A stretch of DNA of 62,912 bases, filler included, from Octopus bimaculoides (GCF_001194135.2; 8 parts of 5 records of this genome joined end to end with filler, not necessarily neighbours in it), one strand, 5' to 3'; counted from the first letter of the whole stretch, positions 13,107 to 26,078 are shown. Made by a program: numbers and translations. The notes: generated from the letters alone by a model not told the origin.

Positions 13107-13235
13107 AATCTTACAGCTGTTTCGGCCTAGCGTTGGTATGCCCCATTCTATCCGAATAGCTCCTGCCGGAGTACTTAGCGGATGAAATGTTGAAATGGGG
13201 GTACATGCACGATTCGCTAGGCCTCTTCAGAGATT
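13107..13235 (-). ncRNA. Type I hammerhead ribozyme with extended stem II
   Basis: Minus strand reads AATCT-CTGAAGA-GGCCTAGCG-(82 nt)-CGCTAGGCC-GAAA-CAGCTG-TA-AGATT: complete core, 5-bp stem I, 9-bp stem II base, palindromic stem III (ACAGCTGT) and a GUA cleavage triplet. Confidence 0.8.
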
Positions 13236-13467
13236 CACAAAAATTTCCATACAAATATACAGCAACACGGATTTTAAAGTTTATTGCAGTACGCACGTTC
13301 CATGCTACTCCATTTATTTAAGTAATGCGAGCATTACATTAAATGCAAAATGCAGAGCATATATGTATATATATATATATATCCATCCATCCATCTGTCT
13401 ATCTATATCTGTGTATCACTCTAGCTATTTATCCATCCGTACATCCATCTATCTATCTGAACATCTG

Positions 13468-13525
<58 letters not shown>

Positions 13526-14039
13526 AACATGCGACGTGCAACCTTTTCTCATCTATTAACCCCTTTGATTACCATTGTATTCTGGTGGACCCCTATGCTC
13601 ATTCGATGTTTTAAAAACTAGTTTTATAAATACTTCTTTCAAAATTCCTATTTTCATTTTCACACGTTCACATGCATACGTTAGCATGAAACACGTTTTA
13701 CTATGTTAAGCGTTAGAGAAAGAAACCTTGTTGTTTATTACAACAAATACATCTGAAGCAAAAATTTTTCATGGACCCTTAAGATAATATTGTGGATCCC
13801 CAAATTACTATTTTGCTTGCATGGACCCTCAAAAATCTTACATGGAAACCCCCTCCCCAGGGGCATATCGATCTTGGCTGAGAGTCACTGCTGTAATGGA
13901 AGACATTTGGCTGAGATACCGCAAGTGGGACTAAACTGGAAACTGGTTTCAAAATTGTTCTTTACATTATGAATTCCCTACGAGAAAAAGAAAAACTAAC
14001 ACTTGTGTACGGTGTTGCGACTGACAGATCATATCGGCT

Positions 14040-14237
14040 TCAAATTTTAGCACAAGGCCAGCAATTTCGTGGGAGGGGGTAATCGATTACATCGACCCCA
14101 GTGCTCACTTGGTACTTATTTTATCAACCCCAAAAGCAAGAAATGAAAGACAAAGTTGTACCCAGAGCATAAAGTCGGAAGAATTGCCGCTATGCATTTT
14201 GTCCGGCGCGGTACTGTCTCTGCCAGCTCGCCGCCTT
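14040..14237 (-). mobile_element. SINE family A copy
   Basis: Reverse complement of the family A consensus with the ggccttgtgc tail. Confidence 0.85.
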
Positions 14238-16584
14238 TGCTTCAAATGGATAATATACCTGATTCTAACATATTGGCTGAACATGGGAACGATATAATGG
14301 GGCGGAAACCACCAGGTGGTCGGTCGACTTCCAAGAAATAACAGTCAAGTTTCCTTCAAATCACAGCGTACCGTCTGAAAAGAAATAGAAAGAGCACATT
14401 TAGGTAACGTAGTCTTTGATACACTATTCTGCATCAGAAAACAAAGAAGTGGTGGTCATGGTTGAGATACTTTGATTATTGGACTTCCTGGTCATAACCA
14501 TTATTGATAAATTTAATTCTCTCCCTCTATCTTATTTTATAAATTTTGCTGTGCAACAGATGGCGCTGCATTTGCTTTGACGGCTTTTTTTTTTAATATG
14601 CTTAGGTTATGATATATGGCTGTAGATAGTGGCTACAGTTTGGTTGTTGTTGTTATTGTTGTATTTGTTGTTAGTGTTGTTGCTTTTCATTTTCTTCTTC
14701 TTCTTCTTAAAGGTGCTCGTGGTGGTAGCGGTGGTGGTGATGGTGATGGTGATGGTGGTAGTTGGTATAGTGCTAGTGATGGCTTGTGTTTGTTAGTCAT
14801 AGTGACAATGCGCGATGATGGATATGGTAGCGATCGTAGTGGTGGGGATAAGAATAGCAGCGATGGTGGTGGTGGTGGCGATGGTGGTGGTGATGGTGGT
14901 GGTGGTGGTGGTCTTCGTCGTCGTCGTCGTCGTCGTTGTGGTGATNNNNNNNNNNNNNNNNNNNNNNNNNNNNNNNNNNNNNNNNNNNNNNNNNNNNNNN
15001 NNNNNNNNNNNNNNNNNNNNNNNNNNNNNNNNNNNNNNNNNNNNNNNNNNNNNNNNNNNNNNNNNNNNNNNNNNNNNNNNNNNNNNNNNNNNNNNNNNNN
15101 NNNNNNNNNNNNNNNNNNNNNNNNNNNNNNNNNNNNNNNNNNNNNNNNNNNNNNNNNNNNNNNNNNNNNNNNNNNNNNNNNNNNNNNNNNNNNNNNNNNN
15201 NNNNNNNNNNNNNNNNNNNNNNNNNNNNNNNNNNNNNNNNNNNNNNNNNNNNNNNNNNNNNNNNNNNNNNNNNNNNNNNNNNNNNNNNNNNNNNNNNNNN
15301 NNNNNNNNNNNNNNNNNNNNNNNNNNNNNNNNNNNNNNNNNNNNNNNNNNNNNNNNNNNNNNNNNNNNNNNNNNNNNNNNNNNNNNNNNNNNNNNNNNNN
15401 NNNNNNNNNNNNNNNNNNNNNNNNNNNNNNNNNNNNNNNNNNNNNNNNNNNNNNNNNNNNNNNNNNNNNNNNNNNNNNNNNNNNNNNNNNNNNNNNNNNN
15501 NNNNNNNNNNNNNNNNNNNNNNNNNNNNNNNNNNNNNNNNNNNNNAGTGGTGGGGATAAGAATAGCAGCGATGGTGGTGGTGGTGGCGATGGTGGTGGTG
15601 ATGGTGGTGGTGGTGGTGGTCTTCGTCGTCGTCGTCGTCGTCGTTGTGGTGATTCTGCTACTGCTGTTGCTGCTGTTTATCCCTAGGTCAGACCAAGGTG
15701 AGAAAACCTCCAGCCAAAGACATTCCATCCGTGGCCATAACGTCAGTTGTTTTGATGAACGGTATTACTAAGGCTACATTATCAAACGTGAGTTTCCCCT
15801 TTTAAGAGGACAAAGTTCAATTTGAGGAAGTTAATGCTACTATTTCTAACAGGCACGTAGCAGCATTTTTGTTGAGTTGGTTTGTTATTTGTTTGTGTAG
15901 GGGTGGGGTGAAATTTGTTTTTTTTTTACTGCTTTTCATTGTTGTTTTAGTGGTTGTTATAGTTGTTGCTGCTGTCATCGTCATTGTCGTCGTTGTCGGC
16001 ATTGTTGTTGTTGTTGCTTAGCCTCAAGTCAATCCAGTTCGCACACCAATGATCAGGGGCATTCCAGTTGTGACCATCCCAGCGTTATCTTATCTTGCAA
16101 TTCTCAACACTTTACACCAATGTCTTTCATCTTTTACTCGCATTTTAGACCGATCTACAGACATCCCAAACATATTTTCTTTTAATCTCTTTCTCGCCTC
16201 AAAAACTAACCTCTTCCAAGCCGTGATTATCTCTGTAGAAAGTGACCGACAACCGTATCCTACAGAGGTACTGTATTGTGTACTTCGTGTAGAATGTGAT
16301 TTGTGTTGGGTTGTTGGTATGGTGCAGAGATCGGATCATCCAGTAAGTACAGAGACAATCAGTAGTTGGTAGAGGTTAGAGATGAAATTGAAAACTGTTA
16401 AAAACCTTTTTATTGTAGATTTTTTTGTGGTCGATCAGCCTTGTGAAAATTACTTGACCGCTTTTTCGAATTAGAGCAAACAAGTACAAAAGATGTCCTT
16501 TCTTGGGTTCAACACGTCTTCGTTCTGCAGTAATAAGAAATTTCTTTTCTGTTAAGCAAAGATAATAATTCAGTTTCTTATTTC

Positions 16585-17030
16585 TTTATTACCTACAAGG
16601 AGCTAAACATAGAGGGGACAAACAAGGACAGACAAACGGGTTAAGTCGATTACATCGACCCCAGTGCGTAGCTGGTACTTAATTTATCGACCCCGAAAGG
16701 ATGAAAGGCAAAGTCGACCTCGGCGAAATTTGAACTCAGAACGTAACGGCAGACGAAATACCGCTAAACATTTCGTCCGGCGTGCTAACGTTTCTTATTT
16801 CTTTATTACCTACAAAGAGTTAAACATAGAGGGGACAAACAAGGACAGATAAAGGGATTAAGTCGATTACATCGACCCCAGTGCGTAACTGGTACTTAAT
16901 TCATCGACCCCGAAAGGATGAAAGGCAAAGTCGACTTCTTTGAAATTTGAACTCAGAACGTAGCGGCAGACGAAATACCGCTAAACATTTCGTCCGGCGT
17001 GCTAACGTTTCTGCCAGCTCACCGCCTTGC
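16585..17030 (-). mobile_element. Two tandem SINE family A copies carrying the Tx1-like tail
   Basis: Two near-identical units of about 205 bp. Tail on the minus strand reads ttgtcccctctatgtttag..ccttgtaggtaataaagaaata. Confidence 0.9.
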
Positions 17031-18879
17031 GATAATTCAGTTTCTTTCTCCTATTTCCACAAATGTAAGCAAATGCAAACGCAAGAATATTGTCACTGAT
17101 TTGCCTTGAACGCCAAGAATTTTCGAAGTCTACAAGCAAATTTCTTGTGTGGGTTGACCAATGAATGCTTATGCGAGCAAAATCGCGTTTTAAATTTAAT
17201 CCCTGTTTATCCTTTGTAAGATTTCAATGGTAAGTTATCATTTAATTCCACTTTGGCACAGTACATCAAAGAACTAGTAAGGCAGTCTATTAAACGAGCA
17301 GTTATCTGCTCCCGTTTATGGAATGACTATTAATTGGCAATTGTTTTGCATTAATTGAATTTGTAATGTTGCCAACATTTTTGCAAAGTGTACGTGAAAT
17401 CTTAAAAGAATTTCTATTAAAGACCTTAAAATAATTATATTCTTTTTTCACAAAAACAGAAGATTAAGTTAGGAAGCCTTCAAGCAATATTCATACGAAC
17501 TTCAAAGCTAAAAAAAAAATTATTGTATTGTAGCACAAGATTTTTCTATTGGCTAGTTCGACATTTGATAACTGCAAGCCTAGATATATAAACTGTCCAT
17601 AAATTACCCTTACAATGAAAAATAAAGATAACTCAGCAGAGTTTATCGAAAAACAAAGACAAAGTTTTATTAGAAATATCAGAAAACTTCCATGTAGGTT
17701 ATATTGGTTTCACGCAACACATTTAGACGATGCGTGTAGAAGTTGTAAAGATAATTTATGGTCACTCTGTATAACCTAACATCCCTGAAAATCCGCTACT
17801 ACTAAATAATTTGTTATAAAATTACAATGCTTTTACAAAAAAATGATGTATGTTAACTGAAGGCTAAGTTAGGAATATTTGGTGGCTGACCAGGACCCTT
17901 GATATTATAAAACAATCTTTCATTAGGTTTATAACAAAAGAAGATTTATTAACTTATAAATCTAATGTTATGTCAAGAATACTCATTTTTGTTAGGTTGC
18001 TCACCACCATAATTTCTTATTCTCATTCACTGAATATTAAAATAATATCCTTGGTAAATATATCTACATTATGCTCGTTCATATTTGGTAAGAGAAATAA
18101 CCTATCGTTACGATAAAGCCCTCCCTCAAAGATCGGGAACCTCATGTTCAAGCAGATTCCAAACCTGTGATTTTACACACTTCAACCAAATCAACAGCAT
18201 CCATAAACACATCGCTCAAATTCTCACTATTCTTTTCTGTTTATATATTTTTTTTTACTTCACCAATACCAATATTTGTATTACTTGTTCGTAGTATTGG
18301 CTTAATAATAAAGGGATAAAAATCCACAATATCAGACTAAAATATATATATATATAAAAACTACAATTACGTTTATTAATATATTTGACAAAGATTCTAT
18401 TTTGCGAAAGAAAATAGAACTTAGGAAGAGATGATAATATTTTTTGCCTAGTCACTTTGAGTTATCGAAAAATCTGTTTACACGTTTCCATTTCTTCTTT
18501 TCTTTTTTGCTGTGCGATATAATTTGTCAGCATAATGTATAATATTCATTTCGTTAGTTATCCCCAACATCATTCAGTGACTAAATTTGAAATTAGGATT
18601 CCCTCTGCAAGGAATATTTACAACTCTGTTTGGTCCCAACTATAACAATCGTTTCATTTTCCATTATCATAACCTGCATAATTTGAAAGAAAAAAGAATA
18701 TTAGTTCCAATCAGTTAGTAATCGCCTCTGATAGCGCTGTCACGTGTCTGGACTTTCTCACACTAACGTGGGGCACTAAAAGTATATTTGCCAAATCCTA
18801 TACATTTCAATGCTTGTTTATATGTTTAATATTTCAACATATACACAGACACACACACACACACACAGGTACACGTGTT

Positions 18880-19067
18880 GGAGCAATCTCGATTATAACC
18901 AGCCGAAATTGCAAAGATATTTTGGAACTTGACTAAGGAAAGAAAACTCTGAATGACCTGTCCTTGTTTTCTTTGTATCGTCTATCTGGATGTTTTGTTG
19001 TCCCTTTTTTGTATCATCTGTCTGGATGTTTTGCATTCTTGTCCCATTTTGTATTTTTCATATATAA

Positions 19068-19070
<3 letters not shown>
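18880..19070 (+). repeat. Dispersed PLE-tail-like repeat (related copies at about 7590-7740, 8430-8640 and 20295-20445, all on the minus strand)
   Basis: Shared block gtatcatct..ctggatgttttgc..tcttgtccca. One copy lies directly 3' of the PLE GIY-YIG end. Confidence 0.65.
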
Positions 19071-19122
<52 letters not shown>

Positions 19123-20259
19123 CAATCATCTATTATGCTGCGCTTAAGTGTATTTAAGCGCAAGGAATTTCTAAATTATTAATATTCAGGAATATTCATT
19201 TTTACCTATTCCCTGTAACTTCTCTAAAAAATTAAATCCTTTACCCACGAAGTATTTCCTTGATTTCAAAATGAATTCTGTTCTTTTCAGCATATACATA
19301 CATAAATGCATACACACACACTTACACACACATACACATCATGTGTGTGTGTGTGTGTGTGTGTCACATATTTACACAACCAGCGAAAACGTTTACCAAT
19401 ACACCCTCCCCTACTCCTTCTTTTCTCTCTCTCTCTCTCTCCCTCTTTCTTTCTCTATCTCTATTGCTCACTCTCACTCGCACTCTTCTATGCGTCATTT
19501 TTTCCACTTTCCCCCTCCTGTCCATTTTTTACTTTCCTTCATATGCTCTCACTTTCTTCTTCTTACTCTTTTTCTTCTTCTTCTTCTTCTTCTTCTTCTT
19601 CTTCTTCTTCTTCTTCTTCTTCTTCTTCTTCTTCTTCTTCTTCTTCTTCTTCTTCTTCTTCTTCTTCTTNNNNNNNNNNNNNNNNNNNNNNNNNNNNNNN
19701 NNNNNNNNNNNNNTTAATTAATTAANNNNNNNNNNNNNNNNNNNNNNNNNNNNNNNNNNNNNNNNNNNNATTAGCTTCCTTGGAAGAAAGCAGCGAATGT
19801 ATACGAAAACAAGAACGGAAAAAAAACGGAGAAATGGTACACAAATACAAATGCAAATAACAGGACATTAACAAGAGGTATCTTTCGACTAAGGACGAAT
19901 TAAATTAAGCTGGCGGGTGTAGAAGTGAAGCCTTACGGCAGGGACATAAGAGATGACAGGCATAGGGAGGAATATAGATGTTGCATGGATGGTAGTTGAA
20001 CCAAGAAAGAAACGCAGGCTTGGCCGAGCACCGGTCACGTGGGGAGAGAGAAGAGAGGTAGAGGCAGAGGGTCAGGAGAATTAGGGAGGGACGAGAAAAA
20101 AAAGGGAGAGAGTGAAGTGAAAGAGAAAGAAAGGTAAGAATGAAGAGAAAGCCAGGAAATGTGAGAGAGGAGGAACGAAAGAAAGAAGAGTGGAAAGAAC
20201 GAAGTAAGTGTAAAGGGGCTGATAGAGAGAAAAATGAAAGAATAAGAGAGTCGTACAAA

Positions 20260-20293
<34 letters not shown>

Positions 20294-20524
20294 TTACATA
20301 TAAGAGACCAAAGTGTACGTACGTCGCCATATGTATATAAAAAGGAATACAAAAAATGGGACAAGATCGCAAAACATCCAGACAGCTAGATGATACAAAA
20401 AAGGGACAAAAACCATCCAGACAGATGATACAAAATGCAAGGTGTGAAACTGTGAATATTAAACTCTTAATAACCGTTTAATCAAATTAAACAAAATAAA
20501 ACATCCCAAAAAAAACAAAAAAAC

Positions 20525-20985
20525 ACCTGCTTATTTAAAATTTTAAACATACATTTATTCCTATGAACACAAAAAAACCCTCTTTCTGATTTTGAATTTA
20601 ACAGCTTTCTTCTAGAAAATAAAATCAAAAATAATTCTTCAGGCCAAAGAGAATAGAACTTATTACCAATCTTATAGGCCGGAGCCGTCCCTAAAATGTT
20701 CCATTCAATAAAGAACGTTTTATTATTATCTTTAAAATTCCAGATGAAATTACTAAGACTGGTAGAAGAATCCCTATTTCTGTTCCTAAAGGAATGTCAA
20801 TGATTTGAAACCCTTTTCTTAATATAATTAGCAGAAGAACCAATATAAAAGTAATCATTGCTCTCAGAAATGACTTTAGCTTGATAAACTACTTTACGTT
20901 TACAAAAAATTTTGAAACAATTTTCTTTGTTTCTACAATCCCAAAGGGAATTTCCACCTCTACTCGAGGCTTCAACAATTAAGCA
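20525..20985 (-). mobile_element. Penelope-like element, GIY-YIG endonuclease C-terminus (decayed)
   Basis: CRNKENC..C..KVVYQAKV....FYIGSS..IKKRVSNH.HSF....STSLSNFIW..K....IEWNILG.A..Y.IG...and LLNSKSE..CVHRNK. Confidence 0.85.
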
Positions 20986-21813
20986 AATAGCTACCCTCCT
21001 TATTATTACTAAAACTTATATGAGTTCAAATTCCGCCGAGGTCGACTTTGCCTTTCATCCTTTCGGGGTCGATTAATTAAGTATGTCAGCTGGACCTTGT
21101 TAAGGTATACTGTCTCTAAATTCTCATGCGAACCCAGAACTGCAGCATTAGCATGCCTCAAATAAGACATAGAATTGTAATGATATTGTTCTCTTGTACA
21201 ATGTAAGCTTCAGTCACCATATTTTTTTAGTCTTATTTCATATCTTTTTGTTTATAACACTTTTATGCGATATACTTTTCATCAATGTCTAAGTACGATG
21301 CGTGGAACACGGAAGACAGAGAAACCATTCATGTAAAGATTCAGAAAAGTTTTTTTTTTTTTTTTCTGTGTTCAACAATAAAACCTGGACGTTTGTTTCA
21401 ACCGAATTCCATCCTTAAATCAGCTGAAAATGCTGTGACTAAATACAGCTGTTGCTAAACATCATAAATATTTTTACGATCTGTCTTTAGAACGTCTAAC
21501 AAAGAAAGTATAGGTTACATTAGTGTCTCTTGCTCTCGTAGACTTTAACACATAACCAATCGATTTTGATATTGAAAAAATATAACGTTGGATTTAGGGC
21601 CAAAATAAGCAGAAGTAGAGACGTGTGTGTGTGTGTTTTCTTACTCCTGGCAGCACATCGTCATTTATCAAAAGTTGTTCGACACAGCTCCACACTCCGT
21701 TCTTTCCATCTGCTGCCACTTGCTCAACAGTCACTATATCGTTGGACGCTCAATAACAGATGAATTCGTTGAGACAGCTTATTACAGTTTGTTCATAATA
21801 AATGTATGCATGT

Positions 21814-22230
21814 AAGGCGGCGAGCTGGCAGAAACGTTAGCACGCCAGGCAAAATGCTTACCGATATTTCGTCTGCCGAGGTCGACTTTGCCTTTCATCA
21901 TTTCGGGGTCGATAAATAAAGTACCAGTTATGCACTGGGGTCGATGTAACCGACTTAATCCCTTTGTCTGTCCTTGTTTGTCCCCTCTATGTTTAGCCCC
22001 TTGTGGGCAATAACAAAATAGGTATTTCGTCTGCTGTCACGTTCTGAGTTCAAATTCCACCGAGGTCGACTTTGCTTTTCATCCTTTCGAGGTCGATAAA
22101 TTAAGTACCAGTTGCGTATTGGGGTCGGTCTAATCNNNNNNNNNNNNNNNNNNNNNNNNNNNNNNNNNNNNNNNNNNNNNNNNNTCCCAAAAAAATTTGT
22201 GCCTTGTGCCTAGAGTAGAAAAGATTATTA
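21814..22230 (+). mobile_element. Two tandem SINE family A copies with different tails
   Basis: First copy ends ttgtcccctctatgtttagccccttgtgggcaataac; second ends aaatttgtgccttgtgcctagagtagaaaag(att)n. Confidence 0.88.
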
Positions 22231-22739
22231 TTAGTAGTAGTAGTAGCAGCAGTAGTAGTTCCTGTGTTGTTTTTGCTCATGCCTTAGTTAGCAGAGATGT
22301 GTATGTGTGATGTGAGTGTGTGTGTAGTTGTGTCACAATAGCATTAATGGAATTAGAGTTTTGTGGAGGGGGTGATGGTTGTGGTGGTAATGGTGGTTTC
22401 TGGTGGTGGTGAAGCTACCGCTGGTAGAGGTAGCGGTGGTTATAAAGGCGATCAAGAAAGAAAGAGGTAGAGAGAGAAAGAGAAAGAAAAGCGAGAGAGA
22501 GAGAGAGGCGGGGACGTGACGAAAATGGACATGTCTAAATACTCTTCCACAAGAGAGGATTTAAAGCCGTTTAGCAGATGACGGTAGCGGTGGTGCAGAA
22601 ACCGGTGGAGGATATATGGAGAGGGTCGGGGTCGGGGTCGTACTTTGTGGCGGAATGGTGTTGATCTGTGAATATTGCGTTTTGAAGAGCGTTATGCTGT
22701 AAAAGCCGTACAAGTTTGGTAGGGTGGGTAATGTTAATG

Positions 22740-22782
22740 GTGGTGATACCAGTGGTAGTACAGCTGATGCTGTCAACACTGA

Positions 22783-22818
<36 letters not shown>

Positions 22819-22954
22819 AGGTGGTGGTGGTGGTGGTGGTAGTAGTAGTGGTGGTGGTAGTAATAGTAGTAGTAGTACTGGTGGTTGTGGTTGTGATGGT
22901 AACTGTAGTAGAAGCAGCAGTGGTAGTGGTAGTGGTCGTGGTCGATAATAACAT

Positions 22955-22985
<31 letters not shown>

Positions 22986-23081
22986 TCAGTACACGGTAGC
23001 AGTAGTAGGAGGTGGAGAAGGAAGAGGACGAGGACATGGAGGACGAGGTGTTCAGTTCATGACTACTACTACTACTACTAC

Positions 23082-23148
<67 letters not shown>

Positions 23149-23241
23149 TGTAGTAGTAGTAGTAGTTAGTAACAGTGATAATGCTGAGAGTAGCGCATGT
23201 GCATTGGTATAGCACCGGTGATGGTAGTAGAGGTAAAGGCG

Positions 23242-23273
<32 letters not shown>

Positions 23274-23277
23274 GGTG
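22740..23277. repeat. Compound trinucleotide microsatellite (TAG/GTG/GTT)
   Basis: Seen directly; source of the poly-V/S/T/Y pseudo-ORFs. Confidence 0.95.
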
Positions 23278-24808
23278 NNNNNNNNNNNNNNNNNNNNNNN
23301 NNNNNNNNNNNNNNNNNNNNNNNNNNNNNNNNNNNNNNNNNNNNNNNNNNNNNNNNNNNNNNNNNNNNNNNNNNNNNNNNNNNNNNNNNNNNNNNNNNNN
23401 NNNNNNNNNNNNNNNNNNNNNNNNNNNNNNNNNNNNNNNNNNNNNNNNNNNNNNNNNNNNNNNNNNNNNNNNNNNNNNNNNNNNNNNNNNNNNNNNNNNN
23501 NNNNNNNNNNNNNNNNNNNNNNNNNNNNNNNNNNNNNNNNNNNNNNNNNNNNNNNNNNNNNNNNNNNNNNNNNNNNNNNNNNNNNNNNNNNNNNNNNNNN
23601 NNNNNNNNNNNNNNNNNNNNNNNNNNNNNNNNNNNNNNNNNNNNNNNNNNNNNNNNNNNNNNNNNNNNNNNNNNNNNNNNNNNNNNNNNNNNNNNNNNNN
23701 NNNNNNNNNNNNNNNNNNNNNNNNNNNNNNNNNNNNNNNNNNNNNNNNNNNNNNNNNNNNNNNNNNNNNNNNNNNNNNNNNNNNNNNNNNNNNNNNNNNN
23801 NNNNNNNNNNNNNNNNNNNNNNNNNNNNNNNNNNNNNNNNNNNNNNNNNNNNNNNNNNNNNNNNNNNNNNNNNNNNNNNNNNNNNNNNNNNNNNNNNNNN
23901 NNNNNNNNNNNNNNNNNNNNNNNNNNNNNNNNNNNNNNNNNNNNNNNNNNNNNNNNNNNNNNNNNNNNNNNNNNNNNNNNNNNNNNNNNNNNNNNNNNNN
24001 NNNNNNNNNNNNNNNNNNNNNNNNNNNNNNNNNNNNNNNNNNNNNNNNNNNNNNNNNNNNNNNNCATACATACATACATACATACATACATACATAAATA
24101 TACACATGCATACATACATACATACATACATACATACATACATACATACATGCATACATACATACATACACACATACATACATAGAAATATAGAGAGAGA
24201 AGGAAAAAGAGGCACAGAAACGGGGTGGGAGGCTTGTTGGGAGAAGGGAGGGAAAAAGTCATCGATTTGTTTTCGTTTACGTTTAAAAAATAGCCCAAAT
24301 TAATTTACATTTGAAATTACGGAAATTGTTCCATATTTTATAAAAAATTAATGAATCTGACACAATTTCCAATATTCTCTTTCTAATTTCTCTGTCATAA
24401 ATTTCTATTTCTTTTTATTTTTTCTCTCTCTCGCTCTCTCCCCTTTTCCCTCCCTTTCCCTTTCTCTCACTGTCGCTATACCGCTTTTTTTTTTTCACTC
24501 GCTTTCTATTTATTCTTCAAGTCTTCATCTATTTATAAGTCTAAAAATCTATCTTTCTATTTGTCTGTGTCTGTCTATATTCATATGTATCTATCTGTCT
24601 ATCTATATATCTATCTGTCTATCTATCTATCTGCCTGTCTATCTATCTATCTATCTATTCTTTACTCTACTTAACTGTGTATACATGTGTGCATATGTGT
24701 ATGCATGTATGCAATTATATATGCGTATGTATGTGTGCGTATATGTATGCATATATACATGAGAAGACAGACAGACAGACAGTCAGATAGATAGATAGAT
24801 AGATAGAC

Positions 24809-24857
<49 letters not shown>

Positions 24858-24946
24858 CATTTCTTTTATTAGCCACACAGGGCTCAACGAAGATGGGACA
24901 AATACAATGTAGAGCTTTTCTTTTTGGGAGGGGGAAGGAAGGAAAA
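24858..24946 (-). mobile_element. 3' end of the same Tx1-like LINE
   Basis: tattagccacacagggctcaac...caatgtagagcttttc matches 36100-36165 and abuts (GATA)n. Confidence 0.8.
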
Positions 24947-25836
24947 NNNNNNNNNNNNNNNNNNNNNNNNNNNNNNNNNNNNNNNNNNNNNNNNNNNNNN
25001 NNNNNNNNNNNNNNNNNNNNNNNNNNNNNNNNNNNNNNNNNNNNNNNNNNNNNNNNNNNNNNNNNNNNNNNNNNNNNNNNNNNNNNNNNNNNNNNNNNNN
25101 NNNNNNNNNNNNNNNNNNNNNNNNNNNNNNNNNNNNNNNNNNNNNNNNNNNNNNNNNNNNNNNNNNNNNNNNNNNNNNNNNNNNNNNNNNNNNNNNNNNN
25201 NNNNNNAGACGAAATGCTGCAAAGCATCTTGGCCCGTGTGCTAACGATTCCATCAGCTCACCGCCTTAAGAAGAGTTAATATTGGCTCCTTATAATACAT
25301 GGTCAGTTGGCGGTGAATTTAAGGGTAAGGGTTAAAACAGCCATGACGGGATTTGAACAAGATTGTAAATAAAATCCCATGAAGCATTTTACCCGGCGCC
25401 CAGACGATTTGGCTAATCCAGTACCCACAGACAAAAACCGCATATTTTTACGGAGGGTGTAGCTGAAAATATTGATCCTAGAATTTAATTACTGTTATAT
25501 CGACTCTGGAGATCTGGGCAGCAAAAAACCGTTACAACCCAAAGCTTATTTACCTACTATATTCTATGATATACATGACACTCAGTCATGTGACTGAGGC
25601 CAAGGTGGGTCTCCAATATCAAGTATTTTAGTGAATCGTACTGAGCATAGTATAAGTTAGGTGCAAACTTCAGTAATCTATAACTTATTGAAAAACTTTG
25701 GTCGGCCCGGGGGCTATAGTAGAAGACACTTGTTCTAGATGCCACGCAGTAAGACTGAACCTGGAACCATGTGCTGAGGAAGCAAGCTTCTTTTCACACA
25801 GCAACACCTGAACCTATATATGTATATGTGTGTTTA

Positions 25837-25871
<35 letters not shown>

Positions 25872-26078
25872 ATCTATATATTTATATATATTATATATCT
25901 TTATATATATTATCTCCCTTATACCGGAAAAAATCCCTGATTATCTCCCCCTATCTAGNNNNNNNNNNNNNNNNNNNNNNNNNNNNNNNNNNNNNNNNNN
26001 NNNNNNNNNNNNNNNNNNNNNNNNNNNNNNNNNNNNNNNNNNNNNNNNNNNNNNNNNNGTGTTTATTGAGCGAAAACA

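Noticed and set aside
14616-15771. Gly/Arg/Val/Thr-rich ORFs and an apparent 85-bp direct repeat on both sides of the gap
   Set aside because: Microsatellite translation; identical sequence either side of an N run is typical of an unmerged contig overlap.
16238-16341. Exon-like segment ending in gtaagt (SDRQPYPTEVLYCVLRVECDLCWVVGMVQRSDHP)
   Set aside because: No recognisable homology and no partner exons; such splice-like words are expected by chance.
17226-17234. atg|gtaagt as a start-codon exon for the protease
   Set aside because: 27 kb and three assembly linkers away from the nearest candidate exon; no independent support.
17250-18480. AT-rich stretch with a decayed-ORF appearance
   Set aside because: Many stops in all frames and no motif I could assign.
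22561-24303. Longest ORFs in the track (540, 405 and 368 aa)
   Set aside because: Made of trinucleotide and tetranucleotide microsatellites plus an N gap; no coding signal.
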